Source of the DNA: a virus
DNA length: 64,000 nt
Direction: 5' to 3' (one strand)
IMG/VR virus record: IMGVR_UViG_3300021963_000084
Location: 1 to 64,000 of that record
Every line of letters begins with the position of its first letter. The stretch's first letter is position 1. This document shows, one piece after another, positions 42,813 to 53,414 of the stretch. A program made the translations under genes and the position numbers. The notes beneath the pieces were generated by a model. That model did not search any database. It was not told the DNA's origin and was given only the letters and a program-made list of their open reading frames with translations.

Positions 42813-43994
42813 ATGGCTCTTTTAGTCCCAAATATTGGTGAAGTAGATTCGCTTCGCACTTTGCTGAATGCGACTCATCAGATTCCAAGAAACTTGGTTC
42901 TGAAACTCTTCACTTCTAATACGACTCCAGCTGAAGGTGATGTTCCTTCGGCAACCGCTTACTTTGAACCATATAATGATTCAAATACTAACGGATATGG
43001 TTCGGCACCTACCACAGGATATCCTGCTCTTGTAGATAACCGTGGAGACCAATCATATACTGCTAATTACGGTATTCTTCTAAATGGTAATCGTTGGCAG
43101 ATTTCAACCGCTGGTGATCCAGTAGCATCTTCAACTAACTCAACAGGAACTGCTGGCGAATATACCATCACTGTAACTGGTCTTACTGGAACAATTAGTG
43201 TAGGTAACCTTGTATCTGGTACTGGTATTGCTTCTGGTGCTAAAGTTTCCAGAGTTTCTGGTAGCACAGTCATTCTGACAATTGCAAATACAGGTACTGT
43301 TTCTGGTGCAATCTCATTCACTGGTGGCGTTACTACTGCTACTTATCCTGAGCAGGTATTCACATTTACTTCTGCTGCTGGTAACGTTTATGGTTACTAT
43401 CTGTCCAGAGCACAGAATATGCCTGTAACTCTGCAGGGTGTTGCAAACGCTGCAACTGCTGCTGCTGGCACAACTCTGAACAAAGGTGATAACAGCAATC
43501 CTTGTATTGGTGTCGTTGGAAACAACTTCATTACACTGCCTAACACTGCAGGTATTATGGATGATATCACCACTGGTATGGTTGTTGGTGGAAACAATGC
43601 TGTTGCTTCTGGAACCACAATCAATGGTATCGACCTTGCTCTCAGAAGAATCTATCTGTCTTCTAACCTGACCGATAACATTCAGGTTGCTACTGACTCA
43701 AGCATTACTCTTGATTTCACTCAGATTTCTACTGGTGGTATCAACCACGGTCTGCAAGTCGGTGATGTTATCTATGTTGCTCGTGGTACAGGTAATACGA
43801 CAACCACAGCTGGTCATTACACAATCTTCAGTAAGACAAATACAACATTCCAGACAACTCCTGCTCTGAATGGAACTGGTTCAGCAACGCTGTATCCAAG
43901 CATCCTGTTCGCTGAAAGATTCACAAATGGTCCATACCCAATTCAAAACAACGGCGACCAAATCAAGATTACCCTGAATGTAAGCCTTGACTGA
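42813..43994 (+). CDS. putative virion structural protein
   Basis: MALLVPNIGE...LVLKLF...YPEQ.FTF...VYGYY...LFAERF..GPY.I.NNGDQIKIT; flanked by its own late promoter and terminator. Confidence 0.75.
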   Translation: MALLVPNIGEVDSLRTLLNATHQIPRNLVLKLFTSNTTPAEGDVPSATAYFEPYNDSNTNGYGSAPTTGYPALVDNRGDQSYTANYGILLNGNRWQISTAGDPVASSTNSTGTAGEYTITVTGLTGTISVGNLVSGTGIASGAKVSRVSGSTVILTIANTGTVSGAISFTGGVTTATYPEQVFTFTSAAGNVYGYYLSRAQNMPVTLQGVANAATAAAGTTLNKGDNSNPCIGVVGNNFITLPNTAGIMDDITTGMVVGGNNAVASGTTINGIDLALRRIYLSSNLTDNIQVATDSSITLDFTQISTGGINHGLQVGDVIYVARGTGNTTTTAGHYTIFSKTNTTFQTTPALNGTGSATLYPSILFAERFTNGPYPIQNNGDQIKITLNVSLD

Positions 43995-44027
43995 TTTTTA
44001 AAAATCACTCTTATATTATTAAGTTTG

Positions 44028-44053
44028 GGGGATTACTACGGTAATCCCCTTTT
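44028..44053 (+). terminator. intrinsic terminator
   Basis: GGGGATTAC-TACG-GTAATCCCC + TTTT (cUACGg tetraloop). Confidence 0.9.
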
Positions 44054-44068
44054 AATTAGAGAACGTAG

Positions 44069-47000
44069 ATGACAGCATATACCTACAATGCCACATCAAA
44101 TGAAGGTATGGGCGTTTCGTCCAGTGGGTCGGCTGCGCCTACAATTGTTTACAGTTATACAACAGCAACAGAAGATTTAGTTGTTTACAATGATTATTTA
44201 AGTGTTTCTCAAGTACATAATGTATCCATAGACTTTGGTAGCATAGTAAGTCCTGGAGATGTTGCGTTCGATTATAAGTATATTACACCAGATTTCAATG
44301 ATCAAAATAAAGTTAAGACATATGGAGGAAGTTCAAATGTCTTAGCAACAAAGGTATTTAATGGAGAAGGATTAATTAAAGTCGGTGAATATGTACCTCC
44401 AGTATTTATTTGGATTGGTTCAGGTACACTCTTTGAAATGGGTGGAGACATTACAAGAATGGTGGCACCAGGAATTACTGGTCCACCTATTGTATCGAGC
44501 ACAACCAGAATTTATACTGGATCTGGTAGTGTAGAATATAATATTAACAGTAGTAAGTCAAGAAATTATACTTACGACTTTGGTGTATCATTCGATGATA
44601 CATCATTCATTACAAGAAATTACGGACTGCTGGAGTCACCACACTCTACGGCATTTGATTATGGTTCCATTGATAGCTTCAGTAGTTTAGCATACGAAGA
44701 TTACAGATATATTGATTATATTCCAGTATTTGGAAAACTTTCTATTCAAGGTTTTGCAAATCCTCTAAGTAAAGTCTTTACTGAAACTTCATCAGGAACT
44801 CTGTTTGAAGTTGGTTCTGTAACAGAATCTATTCTTTATCAAGAACAATCAGATACTAATACATCTCTCTTCAGAGTATTTGGTTCTGCAACAATTGATA
44901 AAAACCTTCTACCAACTATTAGGTCATATACTGGATTTGCTAATCTATTCAACATTGGCACTAAAACTGAATCAGCAACTTACAATTATAATTCTTCTTC
45001 AATTGTTGGTTATGCAGAAATTGATTATCAATCAATTACTACTTCTGGAACAACCTCAAATTATGGTTCAATAATTGATGAGGTTTCTAATCAATATGAT
45101 TATGGTTCAATTGTTAATGTTGGTATTGCGAAACCTTACGGTTCTGCTTTTGTAACTGGTTTCATTGTTAATAAAAACACCAAAACGTTTGTCGGTTCTG
45201 GTGATATTTCAAATATCAATGGTTCTGCACAGGCAGTCTCTTATAATACACCAGAAGAAACTCTTCTCTTCAATATTTCTGGTGGTTACTCCTCAGCATA
45301 TCTTGTAAAAACTTATATTGCATCTGGGGATGTTAAAACTGTCATCTCTTCAGAAAATCGCAATACTTACAATTACGATATTAATGCAGTATCACTTTAT
45401 AATTCTCAAGACTTTGGTGCAATTACTGCTTCAGGTACAACTGCAAATTATGGCAGTGTAGCAGTTGGTAGTTCTGCAGAGAAAAATTATGGTTATGTAA
45501 TTGACAATGACTTTGTATACCCATTTGGTACTCTTACACTATCAGGAAACTTCTCACCGAAACTCAGAAATTCTTTCTTCGGTTCTGGTGGAGCATCTGT
45601 TTATGGAGATGCAACTGTTGTATTCGCAGAACCAACACCTCAAGTTTACAAAGATACCGAAACAGCTCTCTTCAATGTTTTTGGTGCAGCAACAACAGTA
45701 TTCCAGAGAGGAGCAATATATTCTGGTTCTGGTTCACTATTCAACATTGGTGGTTCTACTTCATCAAGAACCTGGAGTTACACGTTTGGTTCTATTGTAG
45801 AATTTGAAAGTGAAAATTATGGATTTATTACTGCGTCTGGAACTACTGTAAATTATGGTCTGGTTTCTGTTGATAGTGATGCTGAATCTGATTATGGTTA
45901 TGTATTCAATCGCCAGACTGAATACCCATACAGAGGTCTTACAACCCTCCAAGGTCAATCCACCACGATATTCAATCTTGGACCTTCAGTTATTGGTTCA
46001 GGTAGTCTGTTTGCAATCAATGGTGCTGCAGATACATCAGCATTTGTAGGTAACGTATTCGATAGCACAGACCTCTTTAGAGTCACTGGAGATGCTATTG
46101 CACTTCGTAGTCCTAAGTATGATGCTTCTGGAGCATACAAAGCACTCTCTGGTTCTACAAACACTACAACTTATAGCTATAACTTCTCTGCAACTCAAAG
46201 TTATACTGAAGGCGATTATGGTTCAATCACTGCCTCAGGAACAACTATTAATTATGGACTTGTTTCCGAAGGAAGTTCTGTAGGGTTTGATTATGGTTAT
46301 GTTATTGATAATAAGATTCTTAAATCACCATTTGGTTCCATCTTCATCAGTGGTGCATTTAGTAATCTTAAACTTACAGATGCTTATGCTGGTTCTGGAA
46401 CAATTAATGTTTCTGGTAATGCAGCACTTGTATTTGTTGAACCATCACCACAGATTTATGTTGACAAAGACCCAGTTCTCTTCTTCGTAACTGGTAATGC
46501 AAATGTAGAATTCTATCGCAGACCTTCCTTTATTGGAACTGGCAGAATTTCCACTCTTAATGGTTCTGCATCATCCAGAGTATTTACATATAGTGAGCAG
46601 TCAATTAATCCATACAGCACTACAAATTATGGATTTATTACTGCATCTGGAACTACTGTTAATTATGGTCTGATTATCAATAGCAGTGATTCCGAATTCA
46701 CTTATGGATTTGTTGTTGAAAGAGGCATTCAGTATCCATACGGAACTCTTCAATTATCTTCAGAATCAACATCTGCAAAAACAAAAACAGCAGTTGGTGA
46801 AGGTTCATTCTTTACCATCAAAGGTTCTGCTGAATCTACTACATTTGTCGATAAGTCTGTCGAATCTACAGAACTCTTTACTTTATCTGGTGCATCTACT
46901 AATAATGTTGCATTCAAAGAATTTGGTTCTGGTTCCATCAAAACTATTCTCGGAACATCAGATTCTGCAACATATCACTATAACACATCTTCAGTTAATC

Positions 47001-50000
47001 TGTTTAATACAACAGACTTTGGTTCTATTACTGCATCTGGAACTACTGTTAATTATGGATTAATTTCTGTTGGTAGTGATGCTGAATCTGATTATGGATA
47101 TGTATTTGATACTATTTCAATTTATCCATTCGGTCCTCTGAATGTTCGTGGTAATGCAACTACCGACCTCGATACAGCTCCATCATATGTTGGTTCTGGT
47201 TCTCTGTTTATTCTTAGAGGTTCTGCTGATACTTTAGTTCCAGCAATTAAAACTGATACCGAGACTTCACTCTTTACAATTTATGGTGATGCTGCAGTTG
47301 TATCAAGAACTGCTTATGTTGGTTCTGGTTCAGTGCTTAATATTGGAATTGGTGGAGAAAGTGCATCATACAACTATAATCAGTCTTCAACATACGCTGA
47401 TGGATTTGCACAAACTTACACAACCGAAGATTTTGGTCTTATTACTGCATCTGGAATTACAGAAAATTATGGAAGCATTACTGTAGGAAGTTCTGCGGAA
47501 CTTGATTATGGAACTCTTGTAATTGGTAGTGTTGTTGTTCCTTATGGAAACTTAACCATCAGTGGTGGAATCAGCAACTTCAAGAGAGCATTTGGATTCT
47601 CTGGTTCTGGTTCTATCAATTCTTCTGGTGCTGCAGGAGTTGTATTTGCAGAACCAACTCCACAAGTTTATGTTGATAAAGAAATTGCTCTATTTAGAGT
47701 ATATGGTGATGCGACAACTGCACTTAATAGAAGACCAATTTATGTTGGTTCTGGTTCACTCTTTAGTATCAGTGAATCTATATCTTCAGTTACTTATAAT
47801 TATTCCTTCACTTCAATTGAAGAATTTAATACTCTTAATCTCGGAACAATTACAACTTCTGGAACCACTACAAATTACGGTTCCATAACGACTGGTTCTA
47901 CTGGTGATATTGATTATGGTTATGTAATTATTAGAGAAACTGAATTCCCATACAGAGGAAGAGTTGACATTTCTGGTTCTGCTACTGTTCAGTTCAATAG
48001 AATTCCATCTTATGAGGGAAGTGGAACTCTATTTGAAACAGGTGGTAGTGCTCTTATCTTCAGTTTGTTTGGCAAGAAAGTTCTTGAAAGTACAGACCTT
48101 TATAATGTTTATGGTAATGCTAAAACTCATTTCGTTCCATCATACAATACTTCAGGTTCATTTGCAACTATCAACGCTCCGCAAGATAGTGCATCTTACT
48201 CATATAATACCTCATCAATTCTTGGTTATGGAACTCTTAATCTCGGAACAATTACAACTTCTGGAACAACTGCGAATTATGGTTCTGTAACACAAGGAAG
48301 TTCTGCTGAATTTGATTATGGTTACCTAATTGATACTGATGTTGTATATCCATTTGGAACTCTCAATGTTTATGGTTCTTCACCAAGTATCAGAATTCTT
48401 GGTGTTTCCATTCCTGCAACAGGTTCACTGTTTGCAATTGGAGGCGAAGCAGATTCTAGAGCAATTACTGTCGAAACAGATACTGAAACAACGAATCTGT
48501 TCAATGTATATGGCGAAGCAAATGTTCAGGTTGCCAGTGCATACGATCAATTCTCATCTATTTCTTTTGGTTCTTTCTTTGGAACTGGATATATCGAAGA
48601 AAGAGCAACCTATCATTACAATACCAGTTCTAAGAATCTTTTCAGTCAATTTGATTATCAGTCAGTATCTACTTCACCTTCAATTACTGCTGATTATGGT
48701 CTCATCATCAATGAAACTAATAGTGAATTAAATTATGGATACATTAATCAAAACCAATCACTTTATGCTTTCGGTCCATTTACTATTGGCGGAAGTGTAA
48801 CAAGTTCGTTCTTACCGACTCTGAACTTTAAAGGTTCTGGAAGAATTGATATTTATGGTGCTTGCGATCTTGTTGTTATTCTCACTGCTAAGAAAGAACC
48901 AGAAAGCACTGACCTCTATGAAGTCAGTGGTTCCGCAAACGTTGCTGTCATCAAACCAGTACCACAAGAAAAAGGATATATTACTTTACTTTCTGGTGCT
49001 GCAGAATCTGTTACTTATATTTACAACGAAACTGTTGTTAATGAATTCAGTGGTATTGACTATGGAACAATTACAGCATCTGGAACGACAATTGATTATG
49101 GTTCAGTAACAATTCCAAGTAGTAGTGGTATAGATTATGGTTCAGTCGTATTTACCACAACAACATATCCCTACGGTTCATTCTCGTATAGTGGTTCTGC
49201 AGCAGCAGTATTTAATCTTGGACCAATTTACATTGGATCTGGTTCACTGCTTGCAACTGGTGGTGCTGCAGAAACTGTATTGTTTGCCGCAGAAACAACA
49301 GATCTATTTAAGGTATCTGGTTCTGCAAATGCTCCGTTCATTAAGTCTTATGTTGGCGATGGTTCTCTCTTCAACATCGGTGAAAAGATTGAAGCAGCGA
49401 CCTTCGCATATAATACTTATTCAGTATCAGAATTTGTTTCCCAAGATTATCAGTCAGTATCTTCTGTTGCAGGAATCGCAAATAATTATGATTCTATTGA
49501 TGACGAACCTGCACTTGCACTCAGTTATGGATTAATTACTGATGTTACCACACTGTATCCATTCGGAACATTTAATGTTTCTGGATCTGCTGCTGTTGTT
49601 GCATATCAAGTATACACACAAATTGGTACTGGTTCACTGTTTGCAACTGGTGGATCTGCAGAAACCAGACTCTTTGCAGAAGTTTCTACAGACCTCTTCA
49701 AGGTATCTGGTTCTGCAAATGCTCCATTCAGCAGACCTTATACTGGAACTGGTTCACTGTTCAAGATTGGAGATAAGATTGAGGCAGTAACTTATAGTTA
49801 CAATGGTTCTTCTGAAATTCCATTCAATAATTTTGATTATGGTTTAGTTACTGCGTTTGGAATTACTGAAAATTATGGTTCTATTACAAATAACAGTGCC
49901 GTTGCAGAAGATTATGGTTCAATCACTCTGATTGACCCAATCAAACCTTATGGTGCAATCAGATTCAATGGTTCATCTGGGGTTGTATTTGCACCAACAC

Positions 50001-53000
50001 CTTATCAAGGTTCAGGTACACTTTTTGCTGCTGGTGGAGAAGCAGATGCAAAAGTTATTATTGCATCTACAGAAACTCAACTCTTTACAATCAGTGGTGC
50101 TGCATCCAATGTTCAGAGAGGATTTGGTTACTTTGCTACTGGTTCACTCTTCAATATTGGTTCACTGGAAGAAAAAGTTGCTTATAGTTACAACACTTCT
50201 TCAAGTACTAAATTTGAAAATCTTGATTATCAATTTATTGATAATTCACCTACAATTACAGATGATTATGGCTATATCAATAATGCTGCGGGAGATATTG
50301 ACGATTACGGCAATATAGGTATTACTTCACAGCAAACACCATTTGGTATTCTTAATCTTAGTGGTGGTTCTGCCGAAGTATTCAAACCAATTCTTGCTTG
50401 GAATGGTTCAGGTAATATTAATATTAGGGGTGAAGTTCTCGTTGGATTTACTCTTAGTGGTAAGTTTAGTCCTGAAAGCACTGACCTCTTTACAATCTTT
50501 GGTACTGCTGAATCTTCTAGACCATTCGTTGCAGTAACTGGTGGTTCACTCTTTACTGTTGGAGATAGAGTAGAAAGAGCATCTTACAGCTATAATACTT
50601 CTTCAATCGTTGCATATGACACCAGAGATTATCAGTTTATCACTGCCTCTGGAATTACAATTGATTATGGAAATATTCTTGGTACTCAAACGAATATTGA
50701 AAATTATGGTTATATTGTAAATCTTGAGTACGCTTATCCATTTGGTAAGTTCAGAATTCTTGGCGGTGAAGATGAAAGCATTATTCGCAGAAGAGCATTT
50801 GCTGGTTCTGGTTCTCTGTTTGCTATTGGAGGAGAAGGTGATGCTTACAGTAGAATTGCTGTTACTGAAACTCAACTTTTCAATATTTCTGGTTCTGCTA
50901 TCGAGAAGAATACCGAAAGATATATTGGAACTGGTTCACTCTTCTCATACAATGGTCTTGTAGAATCTGTTGCTGTAAGTCCAGACGAAGAAACCACTGG
51001 TCTCTTCAGAATTTCTGGTGCTGCAATCGAGAAGAACACAGAAAGATATATTGGTTCTGGCGATGCTATTACAATCCAAACTGCGATATTCCCAGAATAT
51101 CTGTACTATCGTCCAGTTCCTCGTTATGTCAATTCTGTTTATGGACCTATTGGCGGAGAGTTTTCAATCTCTGGTGCTATTTCACAGAGAGCAACAAATT
51201 CTTATGTTGGAACTGGAAGCATTTTTGCTGGTGGAACAGCAGTAGAAGTATTCCAGAAAGCATATGTTGGTTCTGGTGTAGAATTTGTTTCTGGAACTTC
51301 CAAAGAAAGATTTATGCCAGTACATATTGGTACTGGTTCACTGTTCAGTATTGGAGGAATTTCGGAGGCAACGACAAAAGTTGTTCCATCAGAGACTCAA
51401 CTCTTCAAAGTTTCTGGTGCTGCTGTCGAAACTCACACCGAAGTATACATTGGAACAGGAACAGAATTTGTATCTGGCGATTCTACTACTTCCAAGTCCA
51501 ACATTCATATTGGTTCTGGTTCACTGTTTACGTTCAACAGCGGCACGGAGTCTGTTGCGGTTGTTGCAACTACAACAATTCTTTACAATATCTCTGGTCA
51601 GGCAACAGAAGCATTTGGCAGAGCAACATACGAAGGTTCAGGAAGTCTGTTTACTCAAAACGGAATTGCTGAATCCAGAACTTATATTGCTCCTACCGAA
51701 ACTTGCCTCTTCAGAGTATCCAGTGCAACAACTGAAAGTGTTACTTCTGCAAATGTTGGTTCTGGAACAGAATTTGTTTCTGGAATTTCAATCAACAGCT
51801 TTATTCCTCGTTACTTTGGTTCTGGTTCGCTGTTTGCTGTTGGCGGAGAGGGCAATGCATATGCAAGAATTGCTTCAACCGAAACCCAACTCTTCAATGT
51901 AACTGGTTCTGCAGAAGCAAGCAGAACAAATCTTTACGTTGGTTCTGGTTCGCTCTTTGCAATCAACAGCGGCACCGAATCTGCTGCAGTTGTACCATTA
52001 ACAACTGGTCTCTACAATATCAATGGTCAAGCAACAGAATCAAGAACGCAAACGCAAATTGGTTCTGGTTCTCTGTTCGCTGTTGGTGGTGCATCAGTTG
52101 TATTCAGCGATGTTGCAACAACCGAAACTCAACTCTTCAGAATTTCTGGTGCTGCAACAGAAGCACATACAGAATTCTACTCAGGTTCTGGTTCCGAGTT
52201 TATTTCTGGAACGGCAGCGGAAAGATATCTGCCTACTATTATTGGCACTGGTTCTCTGTTTGCATTCAACAGTGCAACAGAATCTTCAACTGTTTCTATT
52301 CCAACCGAAACTCAACTTTTCAGAGTTTCTGGTTCTGCAGATATCAGAGAATCCAATACTTATGTTGCATTTGGAACGGAATTTATTTCTGGTTCACTTA
52401 CAGAGAACAGCAGAAAATCTTATGTTGGTTCTGGTTCTCTGTTCACAATCAATAGTGCAACCGAATCTACTTCTATTGCAGTTCAAGCAGAGACTCAACT
52501 CTTCAGAGTTTCTGGTTCCGCTCTGGAAAAAGATTCAGCATCCTATGTTGGTTCTGGTTCCGTTACTCTTGCAGCGGGCGCAGCAGAAATCAAAACTTCT
52601 GTTCCTACAATCGAAACTCAACTGTTCAGAGTTTCTGGTTTTGCAACCGAGAGACATACAGAATCTTATGTTGGAACTGGAACAGAATTTGTTTATGGTG
52701 GAGTTCAGGATTCTTCTACTGCAATTTATGTTGGTACTGGAACACTCAGAACAGTTTCTGGTGCAGCAGAATCCACAACAATTTCGATTCCAAACGAAAC
52801 TCAACTCTTCAGAGTTTCTGGATTTGCTACTACTGCATACAACGCAGTATTTACAAATATTGGTTCTGGTCAAGAAACAATTTCTGGTTCTGCAACAGAA
52901 AAGAATGCAGAAAACTATGTTGGCAAAGGTTCACTCTTTACCTTCAATTCAGCATCAATTGCCAGCACTATTATTATTCCAATTCAGACAAATCTCTTCA

Positions 53001-53134
53001 GAATTTCTGGTAGAGGTGCTGATAGTTACACCAGAATTTCTGTATTTGAAGGCGGTCAAATTAATATTTCTGGTCAGTCTACAGATCAAAGAGTTGAGTT
53101 TGTTCCTGCAAGAATCTTCGGAACAATAATTTAA
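44069..53134 (+). CDS. giant repetitive structural protein (3021 aa)
   Basis: Many GSGSLF, TETQLFxVSG and DYGxITASGTTxNYG repeats; lies in the structural module. Confidence 0.75.
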   Translation: MTAYTYNATSNEGMGVSSSGSAAPTIVYSYTTATEDLVVYNDYLSVSQVHNVSIDFGSIVSPGDVAFDYKYITPDFNDQNKVKTYGGSSNVLATKVFNGEGLIKVGEYVPPVFIWIGSGTLFEMGGDITRMVAPGITGPPIVSSTTRIYTGSGSVEYNINSSKSRNYTYDFGVSFDDTSFITRNYGLLESPHSTAFDYGSIDSFSSLAYEDYRYIDYIPVFGKLSIQGFANPLSKVFTETSSGTLFEVGSVTESILYQEQSDTNTSLFRVFGSATIDKNLLPTIRSYTGFANLFNIGTKTESATYNYNSSSIVGYAEIDYQSITTSGTTSNYGSIIDEVSNQYDYGSIVNVGIAKPYGSAFVTGFIVNKNTKTFVGSGDISNINGSAQAVSYNTPEETLLFNISGGYSSAYLVKTYIASGDVKTVISSENRNTYNYDINAVSLYNSQDFGAITASGTTANYGSVAVGSSAEKNYGYVIDNDFVYPFGTLTLSGNFSPKLRNSFFGSGGASVYGDATVVFAEPTPQVYKDTETALFNVFGAATTVFQRGAIYSGSGSLFNIGGSTSSRTWSYTFGSIVEFESENYGFITASGTTVNYGLVSVDSDAESDYGYVFNRQTEYPYRGLTTLQGQSTTIFNLGPSVIGSGSLFAINGAADTSAFVGNVFDSTDLFRVTGDAIALRSPKYDASGAYKALSGSTNTTTYSYNFSATQSYTEGDYGSITASGTTINYGLVSEGSSVGFDYGYVIDNKILKSPFGSIFISGAFSNLKLTDAYAGSGTINVSGNAALVFVEPSPQIYVDKDPVLFFVTGNANVEFYRRPSFIGTGRISTLNGSASSRVFTYSEQSINPYSTTNYGFITASGTTVNYGLIINSSDSEFTYGFVVERGIQYPYGTLQLSSESTSAKTKTAVGEGSFFTIKGSAESTTFVDKSVESTELFTLSGASTNNVAFKEFGSGSIKTILGTSDSATYHYNTSSVNLFNTTDFGSITASGTTVNYGLISVGSDAESDYGYVFDTISIYPFGPLNVRGNATTDLDTAPSYVGSGSLFILRGSADTLVPAIKTDTETSLFTIYGDAAVVSRTAYVGSGSVLNIGIGGESASYNYNQSSTYADGFAQTYTTEDFGLITASGITENYGSITVGSSAELDYGTLVIGSVVVPYGNLTISGGISNFKRAFGFSGSGSINSSGAAGVVFAEPTPQVYVDKEIALFRVYGDATTALNRRPIYVGSGSLFSISESISSVTYNYSFTSIEEFNTLNLGTITTSGTTTNYGSITTGSTGDIDYGYVIIRETEFPYRGRVDISGSATVQFNRIPSYEGSGTLFETGGSALIFSLFGKKVLESTDLYNVYGNAKTHFVPSYNTSGSFATINAPQDSASYSYNTSSILGYGTLNLGTITTSGTTANYGSVTQGSSAEFDYGYLIDTDVVYPFGTLNVYGSSPSIRILGVSIPATGSLFAIGGEADSRAITVETDTETTNLFNVYGEANVQVASAYDQFSSISFGSFFGTGYIEERATYHYNTSSKNLFSQFDYQSVSTSPSITADYGLIINETNSELNYGYINQNQSLYAFGPFTIGGSVTSSFLPTLNFKGSGRIDIYGACDLVVILTAKKEPESTDLYEVSGSANVAVIKPVPQEKGYITLLSGAAESVTYIYNETVVNEFSGIDYGTITASGTTIDYGSVTIPSSSGIDYGSVVFTTTTYPYGSFSYSGSAAAVFNLGPIYIGSGSLLATGGAAETVLFAAETTDLFKVSGSANAPFIKSYVGDGSLFNIGEKIEAATFAYNTYSVSEFVSQDYQSVSSVAGIANNYDSIDDEPALALSYGLITDVTTLYPFGTFNVSGSAAVVAYQVYTQIGTGSLFATGGSAETRLFAEVSTDLFKVSGSANAPFSRPYTGTGSLFKIGDKIEAVTYSYNGSSEIPFNNFDYGLVTAFGITENYGSITNNSAVAEDYGSITLIDPIKPYGAIRFNGSSGVVFAPTPYQGSGTLFAAGGEADAKVIIASTETQLFTISGAASNVQRGFGYFATGSLFNIGSLEEKVAYSYNTSSSTKFENLDYQFIDNSPTITDDYGYINNAAGDIDDYGNIGITSQQTPFGILNLSGGSAEVFKPILAWNGSGNINIRGEVLVGFTLSGKFSPESTDLFTIFGTAESSRPFVAVTGGSLFTVGDRVERASYSYNTSSIVAYDTRDYQFITASGITIDYGNILGTQTNIENYGYIVNLEYAYPFGKFRILGGEDESIIRRRAFAGSGSLFAIGGEGDAYSRIAVTETQLFNISGSAIEKNTERYIGTGSLFSYNGLVESVAVSPDEETTGLFRISGAAIEKNTERYIGSGDAITIQTAIFPEYLYYRPVPRYVNSVYGPIGGEFSISGAISQRATNSYVGTGSIFAGGTAVEVFQKAYVGSGVEFVSGTSKERFMPVHIGTGSLFSIGGISEATTKVVPSETQLFKVSGAAVETHTEVYIGTGTEFVSGDSTTSKSNIHIGSGSLFTFNSGTESVAVVATTTILYNISGQATEAFGRATYEGSGSLFTQNGIAESRTYIAPTETCLFRVSSATTESVTSANVGSGTEFVSGISINSFIPRYFGSGSLFAVGGEGNAYARIASTETQLFNVTGSAEASRTNLYVGSGSLFAINSGTESAAVVPLTTGLYNINGQATESRTQTQIGSGSLFAVGGASVVFSDVATTETQLFRISGAATEAHTEFYSGSGSEFISGTAAERYLPTIIGTGSLFAFNSATESSTVSIPTETQLFRVSGSADIRESNTYVAFGTEFISGSLTENSRKSYVGSGSLFTINSATESTSIAVQAETQLFRVSGSALEKDSASYVGSGSVTLAAGAAEIKTSVPTIETQLFRVSGFATERHTESYVGTGTEFVYGGVQDSSTAIYVGTGTLRTVSGAAESTTISIPNETQLFRVSGFATTAYNAVFTNIGSGQETISGSATEKNAENYVGKGSLFTFNSASIASTIIIPIQTNLFRISGRGADSYTRISVFEGGQINISGQSTDQRVEFVPARIFGTII

Positions 53135-53141
53135 AATATTT

Positions 53142-53149
53142 TATAAATA
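53142..53149 (+). promoter_or_regulatory. T4-type late promoter
   Basis: TATAAATA. Confidence 0.8.
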
Positions 53150-53173
53150 AAGTAGCAACTATTCAACCGCCAG

Positions 53174-53362
53174 ATGACAACACAAGTACAATTCCGTAGA
53201 GGAACAACGGCACAACACGCCACGTTTACTGGTGCTCAAGGAGAGATTACAGTAGATACCGACAAAAAAACAGCAATTGTACATGATGGTTCAACAGCTG
53301 GCGGAATTGAATTAGCCAGAGCGGATGGAGCGATTGCTTATTCCATCATTTTTGGATTGTGA
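53174..53362 (+). CDS. stand-alone Mtd N-terminal-like (fibre anchor) protein
   Basis: QVQFRRGTTAQHATFTGAQGEITVDTDKKTAIVHDGSTAGG. Confidence 0.75.
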   Translation: MTTQVQFRRGTTAQHATFTGAQGEITVDTDKKTAIVHDGSTAGGIELARADGAIAYSIIFGL

Positions 53363-53414
53363 TTTTAGATATATAGTTATAAAGTAAAAACAGCCCTCGC
53401 AGGAAATTTAAGAA

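Noticed and set aside
52023-53129. 368-aa alternate-frame ORF, plus many similar shifted or antisense ORFs over the large structural genes
   Set aside because: Low-complexity L/V/Q-rich translations expected from the biased Gly/Ser/Thr codons of the main frame; no RBS or promoter support.
44069-53362. Diversity-generating retroelement, suggested by the Mtd N-like gene and internal repeats
   Set aside because: No reverse transcriptase in the window, and no template/variable repeat pair differing only at adenines was seen.
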